A DNA stretch of 64,000 nt, from the NCBI GenBank assembly GCA_973895155.1, contig OZ316895.1, positions 3,769,659 through 3,833,658 on the forward strand. Reading direction: 5' to 3'. The notes below the pieces were generated by a model that saw only the letters and a list, made by a program, of their open reading frames with translations, was not told the origin of the DNA and did no database searches. Below, one piece after another: positions 1 through 13,601 of the stretch; position 1 is the stretch's first letter; the number at the start of each line of letters is the position of its first letter. This DNA is from Marsupella aquatica (lineage: Eukaryota; Plantae; Marchantiophyta). Made by a program: the position numbers and the translations under genes.

Positions 1-190
1 TAGCTTTCTAAAGTGTGACATTGAGAGTATTTGTCAAGAATTAGAGAGATCATGAGTGTCTGAATTTCTCTAGCTTTCCAATGAATGTGACATTGAGATA
101 TTTTATCGAGATAGTACTAAAGAGATCATGAGTTTCTTGATCTTGATCTTTCCAATGAATCAAACATTGACAGATTTCATCAAGTACTAA
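1..190. repeat. Degenerate ~70-bp tandem repeat (about 3 copies)
   Basis: Recurring ctttc..aatg..acattga...agagatcatgagt. Confidence 0.6.
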
Positions 191-626
191 GGAGATTGAT
201 TATTATTCTGTTTTACAATGTGGAGTCAAAAGAGTTCTAACTATATACATTTCTATCAATTGGTTATTTTTTAATACTTGCAAACAATTAAAAAATACAA
301 GCATTTTGATGTAAAACATTGATATATCATTGATGAATGGTAACTTTATTTTACCAAATGACATCTCTTCCTTTGTACTTTGGTTTTTTTACTCTTAATA
401 TTTACGGCATGGCGCCCCAAAAATTATGTTGCTTTTGCCACAAACACTAATGTGTGCTTTTGTTACTGTCAAAAATAGGATCTGTCCTGTTTGTGGCTGG
501 TTTTGATGATGTGGCGCAACCTCATGGCAGGGAATTTGTCAAGGACCTCTCATGGGGGTCCGTAATCAAATTTCCGTGATTTCATCATCCTAGGAAGGAG
601 ACAAACTTTGGTGCTTGCAGCTCAAA

Positions 627-806
627 AGAACAGTAAATGTGTTTTGGGGGATATCCAAAGTTTGGCCATCCAATGATATCCTTCATCTACTGTAGTTTTT
701 GTGTATTAATTTGTGCTCAATAGAACAGTAAATGTGTTTGGGGGGATATCCAAAGTTTGGCCATCCAATGATATCCTTTCATCTAGTTTTTGTGTATTAA
801 TTTGTG
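627..806. repeat. ~95-bp tandem duplication
   Basis: agaacagtaaatgtgttt...ggatatccaaagtttggccatccaatgatatcc...gtattaatttgtg occurs twice. Confidence 0.9.
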
Positions 807-3800
807 TATGGCCAAAGGGATATTTGTCCTTCTTCCTACATTAAGGGTTTCACATGCATAACAGAAATACATTATTACTACTACGGTAGTCCTATGATTA
901 TGTTCTTGATACATACGCTGTTTCATTTCCTTTGGGACGGAAGCTCTTTACTCCACTCTCAAAAATAGTTAGAAAATCTCACAAAACAAAAGGGGTTTAT
1001 GAACCGGTGACATCATTCATGACGTTCTTTCATATGAAGTTCGTTAGATGGAATGGGGGCGGGCGGGGGAGGGGGGAGGCTTCCAAGCTCCAATTGGAAC
1101 AGTAATAATAATGGCGTTTTGTTTTCAAGGTTTTAGACCTTTGGCAGTCGTGGTCCGAAATGCAAGGGCATCCCCTTGTAATGCATTGATCACTCATCAA
1201 CCTTCTGGGTCGTTCTTGGCAAAGTGAGCTCATCGTTTTGGGTGGGTTTTCCCAAAGTGAGCTCATCTGTTTTGGAGCTCTTGCTTTAATTCTGAAAGCC
1301 AGATCGACGCTGCAAAATGATTTTGAACATTGAATACTAGATTATTGATACCTTTGGATTGATCGGGAGTTGAGGGGCACTCCGCTTTATTTTGGGGGCT
1401 GCTCTCCATTCCTATTGACGATGATTCTACCTCATGTGACCCCAGTACCCCACATTTGTTTTTCCCTGAATTATACATTTTGGTGTTTTCTTCTTAAAAT
1501 GTGACCCCACATTTCGTTGCATGCAACTCTCAATGTTATCACAAGTGTCTCCTCAAGCATCATGATTCTGGGTAGGGCCAAGGTTTTTGGATTTTAGAGA
1601 CTCTACGGTAGATAAATTCCTCTTCGTGATCTCAAAGTGGTTTACTCAGGAGCATTACATTTTGTTGTTGCTCAATATGGTTTTAGTACTTTTGCCTTTG
1701 TTGAGACTCTCGAGCTTTTGGCTTTTTGGCTTGTTTTTTCCCCTTTATTGTGTCTCCTTCATTTGGGATCCTGTCCACTTTAGACTCTTTCTATATTTGT
1801 GGTTGATGGATAAATCTCGATTTCTCATGGAGGAAGGAACTCGTTTTCTATGAATTGGAAAGAAAAATCAAAATTTATACAAGAAGGAATAAACAAAGTA
1901 CAATGAAAGGAAAGCAAAATTAGTCCCAAGAGGACAAACACCAAACAAGGAAAAAAGAGGCAAACCCCGGAAACCCAGGAACAAGAAGACTACAAAAAAG
2001 GAAAGGAGTATTACCACTTTGCTAGTGTGATGAACTAATGGTCCACATCTTATGGAGTTGCCCAAATATCTCAAGAGCAAGGCTGGGGACAAGCATGTGC
2101 ATCAAGTTTGCCTCTTTTGTTGTTATCATCTGTGTTGCTGCTGCCCCTGCCATTGTTGCCCCTGTCTTGATGATATCTTGGCACTGAGGGTTGGCCACCA
2201 CAACATCAGCCAAGTTATGTCAGCCATCACAAACCCTGGAAAGCTCAACCCGTAATTGTTGTTGTGGAGTACCAGGGAAATTGAGGACCACCCTCCTGCC
2301 ACACGTGCCTGCCGCATGTGTACCAAGTTGCGGAGAAAACCTCAGAATTAACATCTCTGATAGAATCATGAACAACCAATCATGGTCTCGCCATCCAAAC
2401 TGCACTGACATGGGTGTAGACAACTCCTTTGAAGACATTCACAAATGAAGGATGGCAGGAATGGCCTGAAGCTAGGCCTTTGCACCCTTCCCTTGATTTT
2501 GGGAGAAAGAATCCAAGTTTGGTCCATTTCAAATGTCTTGGTGAGGGTACGCACTAGAGAGTGTGAAAGTGTGTATATGCTCACCTAGGTCAACTTGAAT
2601 AAATACAGGGCCTAAAAACTAATGAGCCAAGGACCAAAGATCACCTAGTGGTTATAAGAACCTGGCTGTAAACCCAGATACTTGTTGTGGCATACCTTCC
2701 CTTGCCAAACACCTTGATTTGGCAAAGTACATACATCATCCGCCACAAAACATTTAATTGTTAAAATTTTGGACACATGTGAAATCTCTAAAGTATTTTA
2801 GTGATACACATGTTACGAATGTTCCACTATTTCAATAGTTATATAAAAACTGATATCCATTATTTCTAAAATTAAAAACAAAAACAGGAGATCAAAAAAC
2901 TTGGCCGTTGCATTAGTGTACAACACCTCCCCAAAGGTGTGCCAATGAGTATAGTCGTGTCATGTCTTCATATGCTGTCTAGTAGACAGTGAACTGGTGT
3001 CTCGTCAGCATTTTCGATTTTGCTTTTAGCTTCAGCACAAGTGCTCATGCCAAGTGGCCCGTCCACTTTGGTCTTACATAAGATTTTATGTATCACACAA
3101 ATTAGCAAACCATACACCTGATCCCACAGGCAGGACACCCAGTGAAGGGAAAAACCACAGGAAGATCAAAGACCCAAAAAACCACACACGAGTGTCTCCA
3201 ACAGAAGTCCACTCCACTAGCAAACTAAAACCAAAATGCTAAATCCCTACTGAGCAGGGAAGTGAAAAGCCTCCTATAGCTCCAGGATAAACCTGCATAA
3301 GGGGGTTACACAGGGGTCACAAAGAGGAATCTGGCTGGAGGCCCTGCAACTAATTGCTTCTCCCCTGCAAAGAATAGTAGTTCTATGTAGAGCAACAAAC
3401 ACCGGTCACTCTTTTTTCACTGAAGAAACAAACATAGCAGAAAATTTGCTGGATTGGATCAAGGGCCTCTTACTCTTTAATATTGGAGATTGAGCTTTCC
3501 TACAAGAAATTTGGGTTTACATCAAATTACTTTTTACTATGTTGGTTGTTTGGTTTTCAAGATTATAATCTAACGTGGTGCGAAGCTGATTTCCACTGGT
3601 ATAAAATTATTAAGTTTTAGGGCTGAGTGACCATGATTGCTACATATATTATAAAAAAAAGGGAGTTGTCAGACCAGATATTTACTCTCTGCAGTACCCA
3701 AACCAAATCCAAAGGGATACTCTTACACGACCCAAAAAACTAAAAACAAATCTTAATTTCCAATAAAAACAAATTTCCATCCTGCCTGTTGCTCTGCCGT

Positions 3801-6800
3801 CCCATGTCATCATTTGCCACTGCATAGTTTTGCATGGCACTGTATGATATATGCCCAATCCTATAGCATGCCACGTCACATATCACCGGAAACGGGCAAG
3901 CAGCATGATTTACATGGGGTGACATGGCACATCCTGACTGGCCGTGATAGCATGGCCCACAATAGGACGAGTTGGCATCAGTCTGGTGACTCATGTTAAT
4001 TGTTCCATCTCCTGACAAGATAACATCCAGATTCCAGAATCTGTGTAGGAACCCATGATTTTTTACTGTTTCTTTGCTTTGGGGGCCTCAATCTTCAACT
4101 CATCAGGTGAAATAAAACGATCCCAGTTTTCTTTTGATTTTTGGTGGGGTCTTGAATGCTTTTCTTGTCAGGTGAAGTAAGAGGATCCCATGCTTCTTTC
4201 TTGTTTTTCTTTTCCATTTTTTAAGTATATATCACAGTGCAAAAGGACAAAAATGTCAACAAGGGAGACAGGGCGTGACATTTTTTGACCCCTTCACGGA
4301 TTGACACTTCTAGCTTCCAATATTTTCTTAAGAGCAAAATGTGATCTTCAATATCTCCCTTGATATCCAACTGAATATGCTCTCTTGGACTGGTTAGAAG
4401 TGGCTTGGAAATTTCTAGTTAGTTTTAAATTATAGTTTTCATCAAGAATTGAATCAGTTCCAAATTCCTATGCATCCCTCTATCACTCCCTGTCCACACT
4501 TAGATAGGGCTTCCAAATGAGCTAACTTTGACATTAGACTTTGATTTTTTCTGAGTTGATTAGAGAATCCTTGAAACATCTTGGGGAAGAGCCTAATAGA
4601 TTCAAATTTCATTGAGCATTGAGAGATCTACAACTGTCTAAAGATGACTATCTTGTTTTCTTATCACACTTTACTCATTTGTGAAATATGTACTATGAGG
4701 GCAGAATAGGGGATCTCACTAGTCTCCATCTGGGTTGCAAGAGTCTCTCGGAGCATTCTCGGAAACATGGAGGTCCATCCTAGCTCCAATATCTTCTTGA
4801 CTCATCAGCTGAAATTAAACGATCCCATGCACCTTTCTGTTTTCTTAATCTTTTTGAGTCTTGAATGTTTTACTCAGTCCCACTTTACTTTTGCGGGATT
4901 ATTGGGCTTTTTGCTCATTAATATCGTGTGTTTTCCCCACTTCTTCTCCCCTTTATTGTGTCTCATGCTTTTGGGATCCTGTCTCCTAGTTTGTCTCCTG
5001 GTTTGGTGCATTTTTCTTTTAAAGTGTGATATGATAGGGGTCACAAACCTGTTTCCCATTTTTTAGTCAGAGGTTGTGAGAATCTACATCTGCTGCCCTG
5101 ATCAAAATACATTTTTTTGGTGAACAACTCCAAAGATTTTTTTAATTGAGACTGGTTTGTCCACGTTCCCATGGATCAACTGGGCGACGACAAACAGTGC
5201 ACATTCTCAGTCAGTGACCCAACCAGCAACATTTTGGTCAGAAGAAACCTCCAAAAGGAACTGGTTTGAGATGCCCAAGTGAGGTAAAGTAAACGAATCT
5301 CATTCTGCTTCCCGAGTTTTTAATCATATACTTTTGGGGGTCTTCAATGCTTTACTCATCAGGTGAGGTGAAAAAAATGTGGTTTTTTAATTATATATAT
5401 TTTGGGGGTCCTGAATACTTCACTCATCAGGTGAGGCAAAAGGATCCCCATGCTATCACATGGAATGGAGTATGGACCTGAGAAAAGCCGCGTACGGTAC
5501 GTCATGACATTTACTTTGGACGATGGACAGTGCCAGTACTTGGAGTTTTCTCATTAATGCCCGAATCTTCCTTTCTGCATGTTCCACACTCGTTTTCTGT
5601 CTGCCCAATTTATTTATTATAATATATTCAATTCAATTCAATATTACCAGCATGTATATTATTATATTAAAGAAGAGTAGGGACGTGAAACCCAATACTG
5701 CCTCGGTTCTCGAGAGACCCCAACACGTGATTCAATGCTATGTAAGCAAGTGTGGGTTAGAGCAGTAATTTGTTCCTAGGATCTTATTAGGGTTTGGGAA
5801 TGAGCTCAATGATGATGCTGAATGAAAAATCTTAAATGGTTTCCTTGTCTGGATCAATTTCTTTTTAGTAAATTGGGAAGTGCACTAAAGGTGAATAGAC
5901 TACTGTCTTTCACTGGAAACTAGGTCCGGGCATTGTATTCCAAATTCCCCAAAAGTAGTTTTTGTTAGAGCACAATGCCCTGTGTAATAGTGAGAACCCG
6001 GCCTTGTGTTTGAATGTTGGCGTTGTATTTGAATGTGGGCGTTCTGTCTGAGTAAAAAGGGTCGTGTTCAAAGAACTACCAAGTCCCAAACTCACTTTTC
6101 AATGAGAAAACACTCTGAATTAGAATCCCTGACCTGTTATTTGAATAAAGGCCTTCTACTATGATAGAGAGAATTGCCTTTCCTCAGTGAAAGCTATGGC
6201 TAAAACTCAAAAGAAGGTCCAGGACACGCTATTTAAATATAACCTCCCCAAGCTTACTATCCCAAGGCAAGGCCATGTATACCAGTTAAATTATATTCAG
6301 TTGACAAGAAGAGGGGTGGCAGAGGCCCATGAGTTATAAAGGTACAATCCAGAACAAAGTCACAAAAGTGGAAATTAGAGGAGTCAAGAAGAACACAAAA
6401 CGAAACAAGGAAAGAAGAGAAAAGGAACCTCAAACAAAAGCAAACAGAGGAGAAGAAAGGAAAAAAACAAGCACCAAACCATGAGAGCCCCTAAACATAC
6501 CATTCTTGTTAACTGAGTGTACAGCGTTTTAAAAATGACAGAGCCCCCACCATTGAATTCCAGTACCTACAGTAGGAGAACGGACTTAAACCTCAAACCC
6601 GCGACAAAAGAACATTAATCAGCAAAACTAACCTCTAAAGACCAGACAAATGGTCAGTACTCTTTACAACAAGTAAACAGTGAGAGGGATGTCTGGAGGG
6701 GAGAGCTGCCAGCAATAAGACCCCTAAACTTATCAAGAGCTAATATGCACAGCCAAAAGTGAAGGGATCTGTGGAATACTTAAGCTCACAAGACCTTCGT

Positions 6801-9114
6801 CATGCCAAACCCTGGCTTCCCAAAATAGTTTAGTCACTTCTGGCTAAATGTTGCCAGTTTGTTTCCGTCCATCAGCCAGTTTCGTCCAAAGCCCAGGTCT
6901 ACCAACTAGAATCTGTCCTTAAATCTGAGGGATCTCCTCCTTGACAGAATGCAACTTTCTTGTGCTTTGTGGTCTCATTGGCGAGTTCCCACCAAGCCCC
7001 AGGCTTACTACCCGTTGTATGGCTTACTTTCCTGGATATAATCTAGTTCGTGCAAATAATAAAAAAGCTTTAAAAATTACACCCAGTGCCAAAATTTGAC
7101 CCCCAAAAAATGGTGGGTTGGAAAATATGGTGGCAGTTTGTCGACAATGAGGAAGCAACAACTAAAATCCAGACACTACAACCTGAAAAACTTTATGAGG
7201 CAAAATGCCCTAGAAGAGGCAAACACAGTTTGGCTCGATAAAAGCAAAATATGAGAAAAAGTAGATCGAGAAAACGCTGTGGACGTGAGAAAATAATATG
7301 ATCAGCTGGAAGCGAGATTTGCACCATCCGGCGTCGAAAACAAAGGTTCCATTACCAAAATATGAACAAAAGAATTTTTGAAAATGGTACTTATTGTGAA
7401 ATGGAGATCTAACCATCAGCAGTTAATCTACTGTAGTAGATTTAAGGTCTTTAACATCTCGTCCTTGTGTTGACGCGAAGTAGATTTTGTCACCCTGACA
7501 AAATAGTGGGGGGGGGGGAAAAAACCTATTAAAATTACACTGGAAAGGTCTACTCGTCTGGTTGCCTCTTACCTGTCAGCAAACTTCGAAACAAAAAATA
7601 AATAAAGCAACGCCCTCTTTTCGTGGTTGCCAGCCAACATGGCTACTCTTTGGACTGTCACTCACTCAGCGATGCTGCAGCTTAGCTCACAGCTCAGCTG
7701 GATCACGAGCCTAGCCTACCGGTAGCGAACAGTGCGCAGCTCAGCTCAGTCGCTCAGCAGCTCAGCTGATGAGTGAGAGCAGCCGAGCAGTGGAGCCAGA
7801 TTTGATTCGCCACCGGTATTCTCGAGAGGAGCAGAGGGAATGGGCAGCAGCAGCTATGGCGCAGAAAGGAGAGGTGAGGTGAGGTGAGGTGAGTTGCTGG
7901 AGAGCGGGTGAGACTCAGAGTGAGCGAGCAAGCAAGCGAGCGAGCGAAGTGAGCTAAATGGCGGTCAGTCCAAGCTGGGACCTCGTCAAACTGGCTAACG
8001 GTCCCGCGTTTGATGGCATTGAGGCGGCGCACGAATGAATTATGTGGGAATCGCGAAACTGACAAACGGGGAGTTTCCGTAGAATCAGGAACCCAAGATG
8101 CATGATGTCGAATATATAAGTAAGGTAGATCAGACTCACAGATACAACCGGTCCATAGCCGTCTGCCAGTTATTGACGCAGGATAGTCTCGGTTTGACTT
8201 ATGACAGTGCCATAGCCTACGTGTGATAATTCGTTTCCATCCGTAATCCCACGAACAGGGTGGTATCCAATTATAGGACAGATTTGGCGAGCGATGGACG
8301 TGGTCTCGGAGTCCTGTCATTCGCTCCTAGATGAGCTACTGAATGTGTCCGTGAGATATTCTGAACACCAACTCTAGTTATTTACATTTGAACTGAATAT
8401 AGACGATTTGCTAGAGAAGATTTCCATCTGAAGGAGTGCTGCATCTGTTGTTTCTAAAATAAGTTTGTATCCACTATGAGCGCATATGTGCTGGATTCAA
8501 TCATTGATGGTATCTGATTTCAGAACGCAATTGCGCCATATGCCCCCGAGACAATTACGTGAATCAATTGGAGTTTGGATCCTCGGTAAAGTTTTGGACA
8601 TGTTTTGCCAGGCATCCCGTTGACGTCACGCCATTGACGGTAAAGATAACGACGAGCTGCTAATGCGAGTATGACACTGTACGTGAATGGTAGTGAAGCC
8701 CAGATCATATCTTTAAGTCGCCACAGTTGTAGGAAACAAGCAATATCGCCATCAAAGAAATATACGCAATGCACATGACCCAAATCCCAAGGAATAAATC
8801 GCATTACACATGAACCAAGTCTCATCAAATTCCATACAATCACAATAGCGAAATGGGTGGGTACCAGAAAACTCCACTTTACTGCAAAGGGAAGAGCCCA
8901 CTCTCCAGGTTACAGAAGTAGGGCTAGGCTATAAACAAACTCCACTTAACTGCGGATGATTCAAAATGTGTACACACCGCAGGAGATCGAGGTGCGAGAC
9001 CGGCTACTCATTCTCTTAACTACGCGAGTCCAGAGAAAGGAGCAGCACCAAGCGCACCGGGGTCTGGAGCAAAAACTAATGAAAATGTTGGAAATGATGA
9101 GGGGTGTCGGAAGA

Positions 9115-9319
9115 AAGTCAATACCCGAACCACTAGCCTTGCAGAGTGGTGAAACCTATGCGCCGCAAGTGTGCAGGACGCACCCAACAACCTACCTCCC
9201 TTTCGATGATGGGGGTAGGAGCAACTACGTACTACGTAGTGAAGGTGGCGCAACCGCACACTCAGGTGCATGTAATGCCTTACCACTTGGCAAGGAACGT
9301 CTGTGGTGCGTTCTTGACT
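9115..9319 (-). promoter_or_regulatory. Conserved HD-ZIP IV 3'-UTR motif pair (stem-loop forming)
   Basis: The minus strand reads AGTCAAGAACGCACCAC (9319-9303), then GTGGTTCGGGTATTGACTT (9133-9115). These match the two partially complementary motifs known from HD-ZIP IV 3' UTRs. Confidence 0.85.
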
Positions 9320-9756
9320 ATTTCCTACAACTCCGAGAGTAGCTCCACAGCCAAGGTGGTCGGTGGAGAGAAGGTCCTCCGGGAGGGGAGGACGGTATGA
9401 TTGAACATTATTGTCGTGTAACCTAAACCTGTTGCGATCCGACTCTGACTACTTAGCTTCGTTCACTGCTGCATCATTCATTTTTCGAGTGCGATGTGAG
9501 GGGCACTCAACACCGTGCTCAATGTGAGCCACGGGTTGAATACACCTCAATATCGCCCCTTAAACCTCCTAAATTCTCCCTGCTGCTGCTGCGACCTCCA
9601 TCGACGATCGATCTGATCCACAATTCTTTCGATCGGGTCGGCTTGGCTCCAACTTCACTGCTATCACTATAGCAGAGCATATAACCAATCCTCCTCTACA
9701 AATTTGCCAGAGATTTCACTGAAAGTGTACCAAACCGATCGCTGCGATCATAATTC

Positions 9757-12700
9757 TCACTGCCCGAGAGACTCGTGATCGCACCCCAGGGCATTCTTGA
9801 TCCTCTGCACAGTGCAGGAGATCAAATTGTTGACAGTAGTCACCGACTCCGCGTTCAGTTTTGCTGAGGGGACGCTCGACACGAGAATCTGAAAAGCTAC
9901 CGTTAACAAGGAGCCAGTCCCCCGCCGTTCCATGCCTCCCCCCCTTAAACTATCAACGCCCAATGTGCGACGGTTGTCTGGCCCGTCAGGCAGTATGGCA
10001 AAGCCCGACGGAAGGAGAGCCACGTGAGCTTGATCACCTCCCTGCAATACTAAATGCATGGCAGGGATATCCACAGGTGCGTATATCACGAGTGATCCAG
10101 AGGGCCCAGATGGGTCAGTGCAGCTTTCCTGCAGAATGAGCATGTTGCTCTGCCCGGGGTTAATTGCCTGCAAGAGTCACGACCACAGAACTTAATCACC
10201 GTTCCAAATCAACTGTCATTTGCCATAACTCCCAACGGACAGTATCACGTAGCCTTCATGCCTAGAGAAGCTACAAATCATTCAGGGAACAATGACGAGA
10301 AGTACTCACATTGACACGCAGCAGGGAGACACTGTTCCCAGGGTCCTGTCCCTTCGCAATATGGGCCATTTCCGCCACTACCCCTCCATTCGACAAGATG
10401 TCCCACTGATGCAACACAAGCGGGAAAACACACATTGAGAAAAACCTTGAACATAGTTGAGGCTTCCGACATGAGGGCGTAAGTTCAGACTGAGGCGGAA
10501 CAAATAAATTGCCAAGAGTCAATGAACAGGAGAAGGAAGTGTCATTAAGGTACCTCATGACGACGACGTTCGTCCCTTAGAAACTCGAAAACGCGTTGTG
10601 GCGATGCAGGCAGCCACAACGAAGTGGCCGCTGAAAGGACTATACCGTGAGGCTCTCCCGGGTTGTCCACACTCTTTCGGGTCATTACGCGAACATCATC
10701 GTCTCCGTTCCCGGACAAGGAATTCCAAGTGTGAACGCTGGACGCAGACACACCTGCGCAGAAATTGTTGGTCATGCGTTGTGCCAATTGGAGCATCGAC
10801 CTTCGTCCCTTAGCGTTGGGCACACCTGCAATCCAACAAGCCTCATAATAAGCATTTTTCCCAAGCTAAAACGAAATGAACGGCATCAACAGCCATCAGA
10901 AACAAGTAACACAACATACCTTTCCCAAGCTAAAACGGGAATGAACGGCATCAACAGCCATGAGAAACACGTGCACAAAACATACCTCCGAGATCTCTAG
11001 GAGAGAGATTGCTGGCGCTCATACTAGCCAAGCGTTCACATTGTCTCTGGAGAGTAGCTAACCAACGTTGGGCGCCGAAAGCCAGCCCACAGTTCACCAA
11101 AGACTTGTAAATCCCGTTCACAGCTCTGTCGTCAACGTCAACGTGCTCTACGCAAGTGATCTTGCTGTATCCATTGGGCATATCTTGGATGAGACATCCC
11201 GAGGGGCGACGACGACACAGCATGAGGGCAGGTGGTGGGTTGTCGCGGAGGCTGTCGATACTGACATCGACTACAGCCCAGACATTATCGGCATGCTGTT
11301 TGCAGTACCGCAGGAAATACATTTCGCGGGTTGGGACGAGTGGCGACAGAACTTGCGTTTCCGCATACATCTGGAGGATAAGGTAACCAATCAGCGGATG
11401 CATTCTTTTGGACTTGGGCAACTGACTTCCAAATATGCAGGAACACAGAAGCTATCCCCATGCATGGCTTCCTTTGACTTGCCCTCAACAGAAGCAGCTG
11501 CTACTACGCTAATCTGTACAATGCACGATGAATGCTTCGATTGCACGATGCATGCTTCACTCACCACTTGTAACGCATTGTCTCTGTTGCCTGCCACTCC
11601 AGTCGACAGGACTTCGACTGTGAGAGCCCGGGACACAAGGCCAGGGAACATCTCTGTCCAACGTTGCTACTCAACACAGAATGGTTCGCGTTAGCAATAG
11701 ATACGCAAGCCCTGTGCAAATCAAAGTACCGACATTGCAGATTTATGAACTGTTGCAAGGGGAAAAGTTGGGTGAAAGTGCGTACATGGTCTAATAGGGT
11801 GTTAACGAGCGTGACTCCATTCATTAAAAGAAGACCTGTGTCTCGCGTGGCCTCGGTTTGCAGACCGAAGGGCTTCGGCCCGATCCCTCGCGGGAAGGAC
11901 CGCATATACTCATCGTAGTTGAGAGTTTCCTTTATGCCAGAGCCTTCAGGTGCAACAACCCAAAGAGGCTCCTGTTCCTGAGCCAAACGGAGGAATTCTT
12001 CCATGGCTGCTGCGGCAAGATCGTAAACCATAGGCTTTTCTGCTTCAGAAAGACCCCCTGGACGGGAGGCTATATCTGAAACAGAAGGGCCCCGCAGCAT
12101 GTCACTTCCACCACCTTGGTGCAACCCAAAGCTGCCACCAACCTGAAGATCCAACGAAGAGTTGGACAGAGGGAGAGGACCCATAGACTGCAGAGGCCGA
12201 CCCATGTATTTCGCGGCCATGGCTGAGACCCTGTCGAGCTGCACCGGGATGTCGAATTCAGTTTTAACACCATGGACAAACCGAACATAGGGAGCAGCAA
12301 ATCAATCACGACCTACTTTCGGTGTATCTCAGAAGTGACGATCCAGATATCAGACTCCCAACATTCAAGTGTAAGTCCATGTCTGCTCTTACCTCTTCTC
12401 TCATGCGGGCATTTTCGAGTCGCAATTGTTGTTCATCGAAGGACATCTCACCCATAGTAGCAGGTCCTCCACAATGAGGGCAAGAGGCATTTTTCATGGC
12501 TTCACGCATGCTGACATTCTCCGAACGCACTTTCTCGTTCTCAGCACGCAACATACTGTTTTCAGCTCGTTCTTGCTGAGCCTGCACGAGAGGTAACGCC
12601 CATGTCAAAGATCGCAATGACACTCAGATGGAAGAGCTCCAATGCAGAGATGCACTGGTATGAGAGAGCAAAAGATGGTTCCTTGTCTCACCTTCATTTG

Positions 12701-13601
12701 AGTCCTCCTATTTTGAAACCAAAATTTGACTTGTCTCGGCTCAAGGCCAAGATCTTTTGAGAGCTCCTGCCTCTGCTTGTCATCTGGGTGGGGACACTCC
12801 TTAAAAAGCCTACAGAGCCAAGTGACGTTAAGTTTAATTCGTGAAGAACACTATTTTCGACCTAGGACTGCAAAATACAGCTTCGGGAAAGCTAATTTCA
12901 AGTAGAGAAGTGCGCAAAACTGTTATTGATAAACTGCACAAGTTGAAGGGCGGAGGACTTTGAAGCCCTTGACTCTGTCAAATGCAAAACAGAGCTGTCG
13001 AATCTTACATTTCCATCTCCTGAATCTGTCTTGGAGTATGGCGATGGTAGCGCTTCTTTGATCGAGGCGGGCGGTCAGGGTCCTGGTCATCTCCAGAACC
13101 ACCCTCCATGTTGTCACTCCCCGACCGGCTTTCATATTCCTCCACGTCCCTCTTCATGTGCTCAGAGTCAGCGCTCTGACTGACCTGAGGTTGGCCCTCC
13201 AGCCCAATCGGCTGCATCAACGTTCACTAGAGATACTCAGTAAGTTTGGATTTGGGTTCGGTTTTGAGGCGAATGCGTTGGGTGCAACTATGTACAACCG
13301 TCTGCCTAGCGAGCTGGTTTTCTTACAGTTCAGTGCAGGGATAAGGTAAGGAGGTGGCGAGCTCTCCTCAGACGAAGGCGAAACATCTACCCAAAAGCAA
13401 ACTCACCGGTGCCAGCGAAAGGCCTGGTGATGTGAAGGCATTCTTCTGAGGGGGACGGGGCGCCATAGCAGCTGGGGGCGCGAGACGCGGAGGGGCCATT
13501 ACAGCGCTTGGCATAACAGCTAATTCGGGGAAATGCTTTGGTCCAATTCCTCCACCGCCACCGTTCGCCTGCACTGTTACGGTCGCTCCTCCCAACCACA
13601 T
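9757..13601 (-). CDS. C4HDZ: Class IV homeodomain-leucine zipper (HD-ZIP IV; ATML1/PDF2/HDG-like) transcription factor, ~807 aa
   Basis: Homeodomain ([26 protein letters not shown]...[10 protein letters not shown]), zipper-loop-zipper with CPHCGGP, START domain ([11 protein letters not shown]..., [16 protein letters not shown]) and SAD domain ([24 protein letters not shown]). GT-AG exons: 13407-13601, 13009-13211, 12692-12809, 12393-12581, 11786-12238, 11565-11666, 10986-11370, 10554-10825, 10310-10405, 9757-10167. Total 2424 nt, in frame. Confidence 0.96.
10857..10969. repeat. 64-bp-period tandem duplication inside an HD-ZIP IV intron
   Basis: tttcccaagctaaaacg..aatgaacggcatcaacagccat at 10857 and 10921. 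Confidence 0.9.

Noticed and set aside
7754-9400. ORFs of 107-188 aa downstream of HD-ZIP IV
   Set aside because: No recognisable domain; they overlap the 3' UTR or low-complexity sequence.
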